Positions 40,472-50,967 of a stretch of DNA of 64,000 nucleotides are shown here, piece by piece (the first letter of the stretch is position 1; each line of letters begins with the position of its first letter). The stretch spans positions 448,001-512,000 of the forward strand of contig CAWKMU010000003.1 in NCBI GenBank assembly GCA_963850905.1, given 5' to 3'. The translations under genes were made by a program, and so were the position numbers. This stretch comes from an uncultured Gemmatimonadales bacterium. Lineage in GTDB: Bacteria > Gemmatimonadota > Gemmatimonadetes > Gemmatimonadales > Gemmatimonadaceae. Below the pieces are notes generated by a model, which was not told the origin of the DNA, searched no databases, and was given only the letters and a program-made list of their open reading frames with translations.

Positions 40472-41974
40472 TTATGACGGCGTGAGCGCGCCCGTACGCG
40501 AGTCGTCGGGCGCTGCCGTCCTGAGCGCGAGATGCGCGAGGAGGACCATGATGAGGAGCGTGCTGAAGTGGGCCTCCGGAATGGCCTCCGCCAGCAGGTT
40601 GGTCATGTACCAGATCATCATCGCCACGACAAACAGCGCCAGCGCCGTGCGCGCATGACGGTACCGTTTGATGGCGGTTATCAATCCACCGAACAACACG
40701 AGCACGAAGAGACTCGCGCCGACCCAGCCCACATTGAGCAGCGTCTCAATGTACCCGGAATGGGATTGCGTGATGACCCACCCGCGCCGCAGAGAGACCT
40801 CGGCAATGTGCTGGGGCGTCCAGAACGAGTCGAAGCCGTACCCGAGCCATGGGCGCGCCGAAGCGAAATACAACAGATCTTCCCACAGGAGCGTCCGCCC
40901 GCTGAGCGTTGCCGGATCATCGCTCTGGGCCGACCGGCCGAGCAGGGCAGCGCTGTGCGCATGGGTGACTGTATCCGGCAGGAACACGACGACGGCGAAG
41001 ATGAGTGCGATTACGCCGATACCCATGACCACCAACCGGTGTCGCTTCACGGTGAAGGTCCCGGCCACCGCGCCCACCAACATGACCGCCACGAGCGCGG
41101 TCCGCGATTTCGTGAGCAACAGCATGCCCAGCCCGAAGACGAGCAGTCCCGCGAGCAGCAAGCGGTGGCCACGGCCCATGCGCAGCGCGGTGGCCGTTGC
41201 GATCACGAGACATGCGGCTTCAATGCCGTGCAGGTTGGGGTTGGCGAAGCCGACAAAGCGATAGTCGGATGCGAACGGCTGCAGGTCCCCGCGGGCGAGT
41301 GCACCACCAATGCCGAGCACCAGCGACGTGGTGCTCGCGAAGATGGAGAAATAGAGCAGTTCACGCAGCGACCACGCTTGCGCGAGCGCGTACGCCGTGA
41401 ACGCGAGGACGAGAAACACCACCGCCCGCTTGGCAGCGAGGGCGGCGTCGTCTGCCCACATCACGCTCACGGTCGCGAGACCCGTGTACGCGATCAGCAC
41501 CAGGAGTAGTACGCGACTCCCGCGTGACGGTGGCACAGCGCCCGGCGTCGAGCGAAGCAGCCGAAGCACCGGAGTCGAGATCTGCCCCATCCAAGGAGGC
41601 GCGATGACGCCCGGCGCGATGTCGGACCGCGCCCAGGCAACCGTGGCCTGACGGCGTCGCCGGCGTGCCGCACTCAACGTCAGCGCGGCGAAGCCGGCGA
41701 GCAACACCACCGCCGCCTGTCGTGTGCGAGTCCCTTCCTGGACGCCAGAAGCGGCCGCCGCCGCGGACGCCCCGACGGCGGCATCATCGCCGGTCGCGGC
41801 CGCAGGATGCAGCGAGTACGGTCCCATGAACGCGAAGAGCAGCACCAGAATCGGATAGGCCAGCCACGCACGCGCCGCACGCGACGACCCGCGCGGCTGC
41901 GCGCCCGATGGTTCGAGCACGAGCGGCCGAGTCGCGCCGGCCGTGCGATCGACTGTCCACTTTGCGCCGGTCAT
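40472..41974 (-). CDS. O-antigen ligase/Wzy polymerase family protein
   Basis: Multiple TM helices; GFANPN, TKSRTA, TLSGRTLLW, PWLGYG and HSGYI motifs. Confidence 0.85.
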   Translation of the reverse strand: MTGAKWTVDRTAGATRPLVLEPSGAQPRGSSRAARAWLAYPILVLLFAFMGPYSLHPAAATGDDAAVGASAAAAASGVQEGTRTRQAAVVLLAGFAALTLSAARRRRRQATVAWARSDIAPGVIAPPWMGQISTPVLRLLRSTPGAVPPSRGSRVLLLVLIAYTGLATVSVMWADDAALAAKRAVVFLVLAFTAYALAQAWSLRELLYFSIFASTTSLVLGIGGALARGDLQPFASDYRFVGFANPNLHGIEAACLVIATATALRMGRGHRLLLAGLLVFGLGMLLLTKSRTALVAVMLVGAVAGTFTVKRHRLVVMGIGVIALIFAVVVFLPDTVTHAHSAALLGRSAQSDDPATLSGRTLLWEDLLYFASARPWLGYGFDSFWTPQHIAEVSLRRGWVITQSHSGYIETLLNVGWVGASLFVLVLFGGLITAIKRYRHARTALALFVVAMMIWYMTNLLAEAIPEAHFSTLLIMVLLAHLALRTAAPDDSRTGALTPS

Positions 41975-42810
41975 CGGCGACCTCCCTGATGGCGCCCGAC
42001 GCGCTCGGCCACCACCATCCCCAACACATGCCACGGCTCAATGAGATAGCGGCGCCACAACCGCGTGGGCTCCGCGGCGAGGCGCCATGCCCACTCGAAC
42101 CCCACCGCAGCCGCCGCGCGCGGCGGCGTCGGCACGACACCCGCGACGTAATCCATCGCCGCGCCTGCCATGAGGACCGCGTTGGCTCGAAGCGCCGATC
42201 GATGATCGTGTACCCAATGCTCCTGCCGCGGCATCCCCATCCCCACCACCAGCACCTGCGGATCAAACTGCCCGATCTGGTCGAGCACCGCCGCGGAATC
42301 CGCGCTGCCCGGCGCATGATCGAAGTACCCATGCGCACCGGCAATCAGGAGTCCGGGATGACGTACCCGCAGCCGCGCGGCTGCCCGATCGAACACACCA
42401 GGCCGCCCTCCGACCGAAAAGACACGCCAGCCGTGCGTGGCAGCTTCCTGCATCAGTGGCCCGAACCAGTCCACATACGTGACTCGGTGCGTTCGAGTGA
42501 GCGGCACACCAAGCAATCGGGCCAGCGCAATGATGGACATCCCGTCGGCGTGCGTCACTTCGGCCCGTTCATGAAACGCGCGCAGCTTGGCGTCACGCCC
42601 GCACAGGTAGAGGCTGTGCAGATTGTGGTTCGCAACCACAATGTGCTCGTTGCTGGCAACCGCCTGCGCCACGCGTGCGGTGAGACTCGCCATATCGTAG
42701 GCGCCAATCCGCAGCCCGAGAAACTCGTGCACCGGCACAGCCGTTCCCCGACCCCTGTCGTCTGACCCCAGACCCCAAACCCCAGACCCCAAACCCCTGT
42801 TTTTCATCAT
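41971..42810 (-). CDS. WecB/TagA/CpsF (WecG-like, GT26) glycosyltransferase
   Basis: ADGMS, GYF, VGMGMPRQE and EWAWRL..EP.RLWRRY motifs; ATGA coupling at both ends. Confidence 0.92.
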   Translation of the reverse strand: MMKNRGLGSGVWGLGSDDRGRGTAVPVHEFLGLRIGAYDMASLTARVAQAVASNEHIVVANHNLHSLYLCGRDAKLRAFHERAEVTHADGMSIIALARLLGVPLTRTHRVTYVDWFGPLMQEAATHGWRVFSVGGRPGVFDRAAARLRVRHPGLLIAGAHGYFDHAPGSADSAAVLDQIGQFDPQVLVVGMGMPRQEHWVHDHRSALRANAVLMAGAAMDYVAGVVPTPPRAAAAVGFEWAWRLAAEPTRLWRRYLIEPWHVLGMVVAERVGRHQGGRR

Positions 42811-44012
42811 GTCAGCTGCAGCGCCAACCGATCGGCGCACTCCACGATCAGACGGCATCGCGCCGTCCAGCTGTGGCTCTCTTCGACGAGCCGCCGCGCA
42901 CGGGCGCCCATCGCGGGCAGCGCATCGCGTGCAGCGACCGCACGGCTCAGAGCAGCACGGAGGCCACCGACATCGTCGGACTTGAACAGGAAGCCAGTCT
43001 CGTTCGGTACCACGAGCTGCCGCGCATCCGCGACGGCGGACGAGAGGACCGGCTTCCCGACCGCCATGTACTCGTAAAGCTTGAGCGGCGAGCGAAACAC
43101 GGCACGCCCCTGCGATTCCGTATGTCCCGAGTATCCGACATCGCCGCTCGCGATCACGTGCGGCACCGACTCGCGCGATATCGTGCCGAGGAACCGCACG
43201 TACGGTCCAAGTCCGTAGCCCTCTACGAGACGCTCACAGTCGCGTCGGACTGGCCCGTCGCCAGCAATCACCGCATGGATGGGCAGATTCTCCTCACGCC
43301 GCAGGTCGGCGATCGCATGCAATAGCAGGTCGATCCCCTGCCAGGGTTCGATGCCGCCAGCGTAGACGACGGTGAACCCCTCGAACCTGCGGGGTTCGTC
43401 GGGCCGCGGGCGAAAGAAGTCGGTGTCGACGCCGTTGGGGACCACCGCGATCTTCTCGGCCGGGATGCCGAGCCGTGTCGTCACGAGCTGTTTCAGGGGT
43501 TCGCTGACGCAGACCAGCATGCTGCAGTCCAGGTAGGCCTGCCGCTCGTGGCGACGCGCGAGCGACGTCAGCACCAGGCTGTTGCGGTCGACGCGGGCCT
43601 CCTCCGACTGCATCTCGTTGGTCTCGAGGATCCACGGCACGCCCGCCTCCGCGAACGCCCGGCCAAGAGATTGGAAAACGGAAAACCGCTCGTACACCCA
43701 GTCGACACGCCCCGCCAACTCTCGCCACGCAGTGCGCGCGTTGACGGGTGACATCCCGATCCGCGCCACGTCGGCCAGCAGCGCCCACTGCCCGCCCTTT
43801 CGCAGCAGCTTGCCCGCATCGCGCGTGACGACCCCCGGTGAGCGATCCCCGACGATGTACGGCTCGACAGACCAGCCGATCCGGCGAAACCCGGACATCA
43901 CGCCGAGGATGTGCGACCGGGGACCGCCGATCTCGGCGTCCGGCCGCGTCGTGACCCGCGGCGCTCCGGAGAGATAGCCCAGCCGCCGCGGCGCCGTGTC
44001 GCAGACCGTCAT
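42807..44012 (-). CDS. Glycosyltransferase family 4
   Basis: VPNGVD, WQGID and SPLKLYEYMA motifs. Confidence 0.9.
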   Translation of the reverse strand: MTVCDTAPRRLGYLSGAPRVTTRPDAEIGGPRSHILGVMSGFRRIGWSVEPYIVGDRSPGVVTRDAGKLLRKGGQWALLADVARIGMSPVNARTAWRELAGRVDWVYERFSVFQSLGRAFAEAGVPWILETNEMQSEEARVDRNSLVLTSLARRHERQAYLDCSMLVCVSEPLKQLVTTRLGIPAEKIAVVPNGVDTDFFRPRPDEPRRFEGFTVVYAGGIEPWQGIDLLLHAIADLRREENLPIHAVIAGDGPVRRDCERLVEGYGLGPYVRFLGTISRESVPHVIASGDVGYSGHTESQGRAVFRSPLKLYEYMAVGKPVLSSAVADARQLVVPNETGFLFKSDDVGGLRAALSRAVAARDALPAMGARARRLVEESHSWTARCRLIVECADRLALQLT

Positions 44013-45319
44013 GAGCTGGCGCCTCCCGCCACGGCGCGGAGCGTGCCGGTCGATGGGCCGGCCGCGGCGCGAGATCGATCCTCCTCGCGGCAGACGCTCC
44101 AGAGAATCGTCCACATCAAAATGGCCAACAATCCGTCCGACGCGATGCTCGACCACGCAGCCCCGCGCCACGATGCCATCGCTATCAGCGGAATGTTAAC
44201 GAGGATGTTGAAGACCGCGACCGTCACCTGCGCGATCGTCCGCCGACCCTGATACCCAGCTCCCGTCAGCGTGTCGGCAGCGAAATAGTGCACCGACTTC
44301 AGGAGTGGCAGGATCGCCAACCACCGGGTGGCCTCCACACTCGCCGCGAAGCTCGCACCCAGGATCCGGGGGAGGATCGGTGCCATCAGGAAGAGCAGCG
44401 CGCCGGCCACCGCCGCGTATGCCATGGCGAGCGGCAGCAGTCGGCGCGCCAGGCTGAGGCCCGCCCGCGCGCCGTGAGCCCCGTGCTGGAAGAAGCGCGG
44501 ATAGGCTGCGGCGAGCACAGACCGGATGGGCACGAACGACACGTCGATCAGCCGGTATGCGGCGCTGTAAATGCCGGTCGCCTCGAGCGTGGAGAGCCGA
44601 GCGAGCATCCACTTGTCGATATCGTTGTAGATGTTCTGGGCGGACAGGCTCGTGGCGAAGTACGCGCCCTCTCGGAGTTCGGAGGCTGGATACCCGAACA
44701 CGATGGCTGGTCGACCCAGCTCGCGATTGGTGATGACCAGCGAGACGACGGCGGCCACCCCCGTGCTCGCTGCGTACCAGACCGCCCACCGCTCCGGAGT
44801 CGGGTGGCCCAGCAGGGCGAACGCCAGGGCTGCCACGGTGCGAAGACCCGACAGAAGCAGGGGAAACTGCGCAGTGCGTGAGAGTCGTTCGTGCGCCTGG
44901 AACGCTTGCCCGCTGATGTCGATGATACGCGCAAACACCAGGTCCGAGACCGCAACGCTCAGGATGAGCGAGAGCGAGATCGTTCGGGGCAGCGCCAGAT
45001 GCGCGATCAGCAGGACACCAACGGCGAGTGCCCCAGCCGATGCCAGCGTCACCGAGAGGGCGCCCCCCCAGTACCGCGCGAACCGGTCCGGCGAGCGCGC
45101 CACGTGCTTCACGAGCAGATTGCCCGCCCCCAGACTCGCGAACGGAGCCACGATCGCGACGAGCGCCACGGCACCCGCGAACGCGCCAAGGCCATCGGCG
45201 CCGAGAGCGCGCGCGACGACGACGAAATACAGCGCCTGAAATCCGACGCGAGCCCCATAGCCCAGCGTCATCCACGCCGTGTTGTGCGCGAAACGGCGGC
45301 GACGAGAGAGTTCCGTCAT
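44009..45319 (-). CDS. wzx: Wzx-type oligosaccharide flippase
   Basis: About 12 TM helices; ARALG...G and DKWML...GIYSAAYR motifs. Confidence 0.85.
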   Translation of the reverse strand: MTELSRRRRFAHNTAWMTLGYGARVGFQALYFVVVARALGADGLGAFAGAVALVAIVAPFASLGAGNLLVKHVARSPDRFARYWGGALSVTLASAGALAVGVLLIAHLALPRTISLSLILSVAVSDLVFARIIDISGQAFQAHERLSRTAQFPLLLSGLRTVAALAFALLGHPTPERWAVWYAASTGVAAVVSLVITNRELGRPAIVFGYPASELREGAYFATSLSAQNIYNDIDKWMLARLSTLEATGIYSAAYRLIDVSFVPIRSVLAAAYPRFFQHGAHGARAGLSLARRLLPLAMAYAAVAGALLFLMAPILPRILGASFAASVEATRWLAILPLLKSVHYFAADTLTGAGYQGRRTIAQVTVAVFNILVNIPLIAMASWRGAAWSSIASDGLLAILMWTILWSVCREEDRSRAAAGPSTGTLRAVAGGASS

Positions 45320-45409
45320 CGCCAGAGCCCGGCCGCCGTCAGCGATGGCCTATCGCTGCGCGACCGCACGACGGTTGCGCGCATCACGATCGATCGCGCC
45401 TGCCACCCG

Positions 45410-47011
45410 CTACGCCGCGCCCCGACCGCGAATGACGGCAGGCAACGTCATCGCGAGAATCCGCAAGTCCAGCCCGATCGACCACCCGTCAATGTACTCG
45501 AGGTCGAGCGCAACCCACCGATCGAATGCGAGCTCGCTCCGACCCATGACCTGCCAAAGCCCAGTGATCCCCGGCGGCACACTGAATCGCCGCATGAGCC
45601 ACGACTCCGAGAACCGGTGCACATCACGAACCGGCAAGGGCCGCGGACCAACGAGCGACATGTCGCCCCGCAACACGTTGAACAGTTGGGGCAACTCATC
45701 CAGCGAGGTCCGGCGGAGAAAGCGGCCCAGCGCCGTCACTCGCGGATCATCCCGAATCTTGAATACCGGGCCGGTTGCCTCGTTGCGCTCCTCGAGCTCC
45801 TCCTGGAGGTGCTCGGCCCCCGCGATCATCGTGCGGAACTTGTACATCGAGAAGCGTCGTTTGTTCAGGCCGAAGCGTTCCTGTTTGAAGATGATCGGTC
45901 CCGGGCTACTGAGCCTGATCGCCAGAGCGATGAGCACCATGAGGGGCGACGCACAGAGCAACCCCACTCCGCCGCCGACGAGGTCGATGGTTCGCTTGAT
46001 GAGCAGCCGTTGGTCATCGGTCACGACGTGCATGCGCACGACCTGGAACCGACCTGTGCTCTCGAATGTCGGCCGCGCCAGCGACGACTGAAACACGTCC
46101 GCGAGATACGCGGCGCGAATCCCGAGTCGCTCACACAGCCCGATCGTGTCCTGGATCTCGACGTATCGCGACTTGATCGGCAGCGTGATCAGCACGTCGT
46201 CGATGACGTGGCGCACCAGGATGTCCTCGAGCTCATCCAGGTCGCCAAGCATACGCCGCCTGATCTCTTCGGCGGGCTCGTCATCCGTCGTGTCGACGAA
46301 CCCATACACGTGCACCGCCCCACCCACGTGCTGGTGTAGCTCGCGATAGAGACGCAGCGCCCGCGGCCCGCTACCGACGATGAGCACATTCCGCACGGCG
46401 GCAGCCGGCGGTGGCGCGGCGGCCTGCCAGACGAGCCAGCGAAGCGCAGCGAGTCCGACCGCCGCCACGACAACAAACCCCGCAACGGTCGCCGGCTTCA
46501 CCGCGCCAGTGCTACTGGCCAGCGGGAACAGCACGAGCGGGATCCCGCCGACGAGACAGGCGCCCACGAGCCGCGCGGCGTACTGGACCGGCGTGCCGAG
46601 GCGACGCTCATCGTACAGGCCGAATCCGGTCAGACTGGCGTGCATCACCCACGCGAACAACCCGACCAGGATGAGGTTCTTGATCGTGACCCGCATGTCG
46701 AGGAATGCAAGGAGCCCGCGCTCGCCAGCGTGACTCGCATTCGTCAGCACGAAGACGCCAAAGACGCCCGCCAGGACGACGACGACGTCGAGGTACCGAC
46801 AGGCGTCGAGCATCCGCTGCGCAGCACGCGGCGCACGCGGCCGCCGCGCGACTCGAGGACCGTTCCGACGACCCGTCCCCTCCAGCCACCCATCACCGTT
46901 CGGGACCGCCCACCCGCTCGCTGCCGCAGCTCTGGTGCCGTTCGAAGTTGCCGGGACGCCCGTCTCCTGCGCGACGTCCGATGCCGGACCTGTTCTGAGT
47001 GGAGCGATCAC
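45410..47011 (-). CDS. Priming polyprenyl-phosphate sugar phosphotransferase (WcaJ-like)
   Basis: KRTID, FKQER.G, KFRTM, DPRVT, SLDELPQL.NVL.GDMSLVGPRP and PGITGLWQ motifs. Confidence 0.95.
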   Translation of the reverse strand: MIAPLRTGPASDVAQETGVPATSNGTRAAAASGWAVPNGDGWLEGTGRRNGPRVARRPRAPRAAQRMLDACRYLDVVVVLAGVFGVFVLTNASHAGERGLLAFLDMRVTIKNLILVGLFAWVMHASLTGFGLYDERRLGTPVQYAARLVGACLVGGIPLVLFPLASSTGAVKPATVAGFVVVAAVGLAALRWLVWQAAAPPPAAAVRNVLIVGSGPRALRLYRELHQHVGGAVHVYGFVDTTDDEPAEEIRRRMLGDLDELEDILVRHVIDDVLITLPIKSRYVEIQDTIGLCERLGIRAAYLADVFQSSLARPTFESTGRFQVVRMHVVTDDQRLLIKRTIDLVGGGVGLLCASPLMVLIALAIRLSSPGPIIFKQERFGLNKRRFSMYKFRTMIAGAEHLQEELEERNEATGPVFKIRDDPRVTALGRFLRRTSLDELPQLFNVLRGDMSLVGPRPLPVRDVHRFSESWLMRRFSVPPGITGLWQVMGRSELAFDRWVALDLEYIDGWSIGLDLRILAMTLPAVIRGRGAA

Positions 47012-47016
47012 CTCAC

Positions 47017-49512
47017 CTACGCCTCCGCCATGTAGTAGCGGTCGCGGTGCCCGTAGAACCGATAGGCACCGTCGTACGCCGCCTCGCGATGGAAATCGAT
47101 ATCGTTGAGCACGGCTCCCAACACCGGTGCGCGTACATGCCGCAACTGCTCCATTGCGAATGTCAGCGCCTGAACTGCGGTCACACCCGATCGCACGACC
47201 ATGACGACGCCATCGGCATACTTTGCAAGTAGCGCCCCGTCGGTCACGACATTGATCGGGGGCGAGTCGATGATGATCGTGTCGTAGTGATCCCTGAGAC
47301 GGTTGAGCAGCGCCAGCATCGCCGCACTGCTCAGGACCGTCGCCGGGTTGTGCGGCAGTGTGCCGGTCGTGATGTAGTGCAGCGATCCCACGCGACCGAG
47401 GTCGGCCCGTCGCACAGCCGACTCGAGCGGCGCGGACCCGTCGAGAATGTTGGTCAACCCGGGCTCTCGCTGCGCCCCGAAAATCCGATTGATGATGCCG
47501 CGACGGAGGTCACCGTCAATGAGCACGACGCTGTGCCCCCGCTGCACGAGTGTCACGGCGAGATTCGTCGCGCTGGTCGTCTTGCCATCGCCCGACAGCG
47601 GGCTCGTGAGTACGAGCAGCTGCACCTTCGCGTCGGGATGCATGTACGCAAGGTTCGTTTGGAGCGTGCTGTACGCCTCGGCCACCGCATTCCGCGCCGC
47701 TGGATCCGTGACGACCACCGCGTCACCGCTCCCGTTTGCGCGTTCCGCGAGGACGCGCGCCTTGCCGCGAAGCGGCACTTTGAGTGTCGCGCCCGGTGGA
47801 CCCAATTCCTCGGCCAGGCGGAGCCGCGCGAGAAAGCGGTCGGCCGCGGTCATCCGCGGGATCAAGCCAAGAACCGGAGTCCCTGCCGCCGCCAGCACGT
47901 CCGCGCGCGTGTGAATCGCGTGATCGCGGCTCTCGCGCATGAAGGCAAGACCGAGCCCGAGCATCGTGCCGAGGATGATCCCCGCGAGCCCATAGAGAAG
48001 CGGCCTCGGCCGCACGGGCTTCCGCGCAAGCTCCGAGGGATCCATGACATGGACGCTGGGGTCTTTCACGGCTGCCGCGACCTGCGCCTCTTTGAGACGG
48101 GTCTGCAGCGTCGTGTAAATGTCCTGAAGCACGTCCGGCTGGCGCGACAACTCCGCCATTTGCACTTGCTTGGCAGGAATCGATCGCATCGACGCTTCCT
48201 GGGTGCGGAGCACGCTGTCGTCAGCGGTGATCTGGGCCGTGAGGCCTTCCAGGTACGTCGATGCGATCCCGTGCAGTTGCTGCTCAATGTCGTCCACGCG
48301 GTTGTCGAGAACCTTGATATCCGGATCGTTCGGCATGCGTCGCTGCAGGAGCGCGGTCCGTTCGTCCTCGACAGTTGCCAGTGAGCTGAGGAGCGTCGAC
48401 GCCGTGTTGTTCCGCAGCAGCGTCGGGAATGCAATGAGGCGCTGGTACGGCGACGGTTGATCTGGCCGCTGCTTCGCGGCCTCTGCGGTGACGCTTGCCA
48501 TCACGGTGCTCAGGGCCTCGCGCTCGGCCGCGACCGTGTTCCGATCGGCCTGCGTTTCCGCCAGATGCGTCACGTCCGAGGTCGCCTCGTCGGGCAGGCT
48601 CACGACGTTGTTCTTCTCGCGGAACGTTTGGAGCGCGGACTCCGACACACTGAGCTCGCGGCCGACGCTATCCAGTTGCTCGCGAAGCACCTTGGCTGTC
48701 CCGCGCGCTTCCGCCGTGCTCAATCCCTGCCGATCCACGATGAAGAGCCCAGCCAGTACATCCGGCACCGCCTTCACGATCTCCTTGTCCGGTCCTCGAT
48801 AGGCGATCTCGAGGACATTCGCGTCGCGATCGGGGCGGGTGATCTTGAGCGTCTTGCCAAATGCCTCGACCGCCGCCAGCTCGCCCATGATCGTCACGGT
48901 GAACTTCTCGAGAGCGAGCGTCGGCGCCAGCGTCGCACTGAACGACGGGAACGTGACGCTCCCCCCAGGTCGCACGACCCTTACATCCTTATCGCTGAGC
49001 TCGTCGTGGATCACGTAGGCGCCATCGGGCAACCGACGGCGGAAAGTGTAGTCGGCCGAGTCATTGGCAGACGCGACTTTGAATGCCGTGAAGAGCGAGG
49101 TTCGCGGCGTGTTGAGGGGCGTCGTGACCGCACGCAGGCCGAGGGAGTCGATGACCCCCTCCGCGAGCATCCGACTCTGCAACGCTTCCTGCTCCGTGCT
49201 CACGTCTCGATCCTGCCCAAGCCGCGTGAGCACACTGGGCAAGTCCACCTTGGTGTCTTCCAGGCGAATCGACGCCGTCGCCTCGTAGATGCGGGTTGAG
49301 AAAATCGTATACAGCCCGACCACTAGTGTCACCCCGATGACACTTGCGGCGACCAGCAATCGGTGGCGCCGCACGAGCGCCCAGAGACCGCTGATTGTCG
49401 CGGGGTCGACATGGGCGAAATGATCGTTTGGCAGCGAGATCGCGACCCGCTGCGCCTCGAAGCCCGCGGGCAGTTGCGGGGGGTGCGGGGAGTTGCCGTT
49501 AGTGGGAAGCAT
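47017..49512 (-). CDS. wzc: Polysaccharide co-polymerase / tyrosine autokinase
   Basis: Two TM helices flanking a coiled coil; Walker A GDGKTT, IDGDLR and DSPP; C-terminal Tyr cluster. Confidence 0.93.
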   Translation of the reverse strand: MLPTNGNSPHPPQLPAGFEAQRVAISLPNDHFAHVDPATISGLWALVRRHRLLVAASVIGVTLVVGLYTIFSTRIYEATASIRLEDTKVDLPSVLTRLGQDRDVSTEQEALQSRMLAEGVIDSLGLRAVTTPLNTPRTSLFTAFKVASANDSADYTFRRRLPDGAYVIHDELSDKDVRVVRPGGSVTFPSFSATLAPTLALEKFTVTIMGELAAVEAFGKTLKITRPDRDANVLEIAYRGPDKEIVKAVPDVLAGLFIVDRQGLSTAEARGTAKVLREQLDSVGRELSVSESALQTFREKNNVVSLPDEATSDVTHLAETQADRNTVAAEREALSTVMASVTAEAAKQRPDQPSPYQRLIAFPTLLRNNTASTLLSSLATVEDERTALLQRRMPNDPDIKVLDNRVDDIEQQLHGIASTYLEGLTAQITADDSVLRTQEASMRSIPAKQVQMAELSRQPDVLQDIYTTLQTRLKEAQVAAAVKDPSVHVMDPSELARKPVRPRPLLYGLAGIILGTMLGLGLAFMRESRDHAIHTRADVLAAAGTPVLGLIPRMTAADRFLARLRLAEELGPPGATLKVPLRGKARVLAERANGSGDAVVVTDPAARNAVAEAYSTLQTNLAYMHPDAKVQLLVLTSPLSGDGKTTSATNLAVTLVQRGHSVVLIDGDLRRGIINRIFGAQREPGLTNILDGSAPLESAVRRADLGRVGSLHYITTGTLPHNPATVLSSAAMLALLNRLRDHYDTIIIDSPPINVVTDGALLAKYADGVVMVVRSGVTAVQALTFAMEQLRHVRAPVLGAVLNDIDFHREAAYDGAYRFYGHRDRYYMAEA

Positions 49513-49631
49513 GGTCACATCGAGGAGAAGAGGGCATGTATGAGGCTCCAATCGCATCGGCCGTGCCTCGGAGCACCAAGCCCATCCATGTTCGATGTCG
49601 TGCGAGTGCGCGGAGCGAGCTCATCGCTTAG

Positions 49632-50399
49632 TCAGAATCCGTGATTGAGCGAAATGAGTGTTGTGCCCAAGATGGCGACAGCGCCGATCACGGCTCCGAC
49701 GATGTATCCATTTCGAGCGATCCAGCTCCGCTCCGGGATGAACAGTTCGTCGCCGGAACGAATCTCCGTCGTTCCGATTTGCTCCGACGTCGTGATCGCC
49801 ACGCTTTGTTTTTTGCCGTTACGGATGAGCTCGAGCTTTTTCTGATTCCCGTCCGGCGTCGCCCCGCCTGCCAGCGCAATAGCGTCGGCCACCGACATCG
49901 TCGGATCGACCGGATACAGCCCCGGGTTCTTGATGGCGCCAAGCACGGTAACGCGTCGGAGCGGCGTGATCTCGATCGCGGGGTCGCGGAGGTATTCAGA
50001 GTACGTCGCGATCAGCAGGCGCTGCAGCGAATCGACCGTCATGTCGGTGACATGGATGCTGCCGATCTTCGGAAAGACGGCCTCCCCGTGCACGTTGACG
50101 TCGTAGTCGCCAGAGAGATCCGGCTCGCGCCAGATCTTGAGTCGCACGATATCGCCAGGGTACAGCACGTCGCGCGGATCAGGTGGTCGCTGCGCGAGCT
50201 GTGCGGACTCCGTGGTCGAGCGCCCGCCCGCAGCGAGCGTCGCCGGTTGCTGGGCGCTTCCGGCAGCCGCGGGCATCGGCGCGGGCGACGCCACGCCGCC
50301 CCGCGAGGCCACGCTCGAGGGGGCACACGCCACCACAGCCAACACCCCTGCCACACAAAGCGCGACCGCAGTCGGCAGTCGCCGCGTCGACTCAGTCAC
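49632..50399 (-). CDS. wza: Polysaccharide export lipoprotein with SLBB domain
   Basis: Lipobox VVAC; LYPGDIV, VTVLGAIKNPG and DAIALAGG; GTG start after GGAG. Confidence 0.85.
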   Translation of the reverse strand: MTESTRRLPTAVALCVAGVLAVVACAPSSVASRGGVASPAPMPAAAGSAQQPATLAAGGRSTTESAQLAQRPPDPRDVLYPGDIVRLKIWREPDLSGDYDVNVHGEAVFPKIGSIHVTDMTVDSLQRLLIATYSEYLRDPAIEITPLRRVTVLGAIKNPGLYPVDPTMSVADAIALAGGATPDGNQKKLELIRNGKKQSVAITTSEQIGTTEIRSGDELFIPERSWIARNGYIVGAVIGAVAILGTTLISLNHGF

Positions 50400-50649
50400 T
50401 TTGTCGCTCTCCGAGCGGCCGTGGGTCGAGTTCGCGTGATTTCTCACTCCGGATTCGAAAACGGATGCGTTCTGGCGTCGTCGACTAGAGTCGACGTCGC
50501 GCATGTTGGAAATGGATCCCTTGTTCGACATCGTTCGTCCTTGCTCCCTGGACCACGGACGCTGAATACGCAACGAGCCGCAAGTCCCGCACCCAACCGT
50601 GCTCATGACCGCTGGTGTACGACACTGCGTTGTTGCATCCAAGGTCTAA

Positions 50650-50665
50650 TGTGATGCACCTCACT
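50650..50665. promoter_or_regulatory. CRP-family-like operator upstream of the EPS operon
   Basis: TGTGA-TGCACC-TCACT, a 9/10 match to TGTGA-N6-TCACA. Confidence 0.45.
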
Positions 50666-50967
50666 CTTGACCGAGGACCTCACGGACGAATCCGTTAGGC
50701 AAGACAGGGACCACGCAGCGTGTGATCCGCCCCGTCGCTCCAAAACCGGTGCACGATGGGTACGAAGGTCTGCATAGGGCGACTGCATACTCGGCCAATG
50801 CGCGGACGCCTGCGCTCGGGCGAGAGCGGGACGCAATGCGTGCAGCGAACGAGAGTGGATACGGTCTCGGGCCCGCCACGCGCTCGCGCGAGGACAGCAT
50901 TGAGATCACAAAGTGGACGCGACGAGCGCGCTCTGCCCACACTCCGGCGTCCGATCGCGAATCGCTG

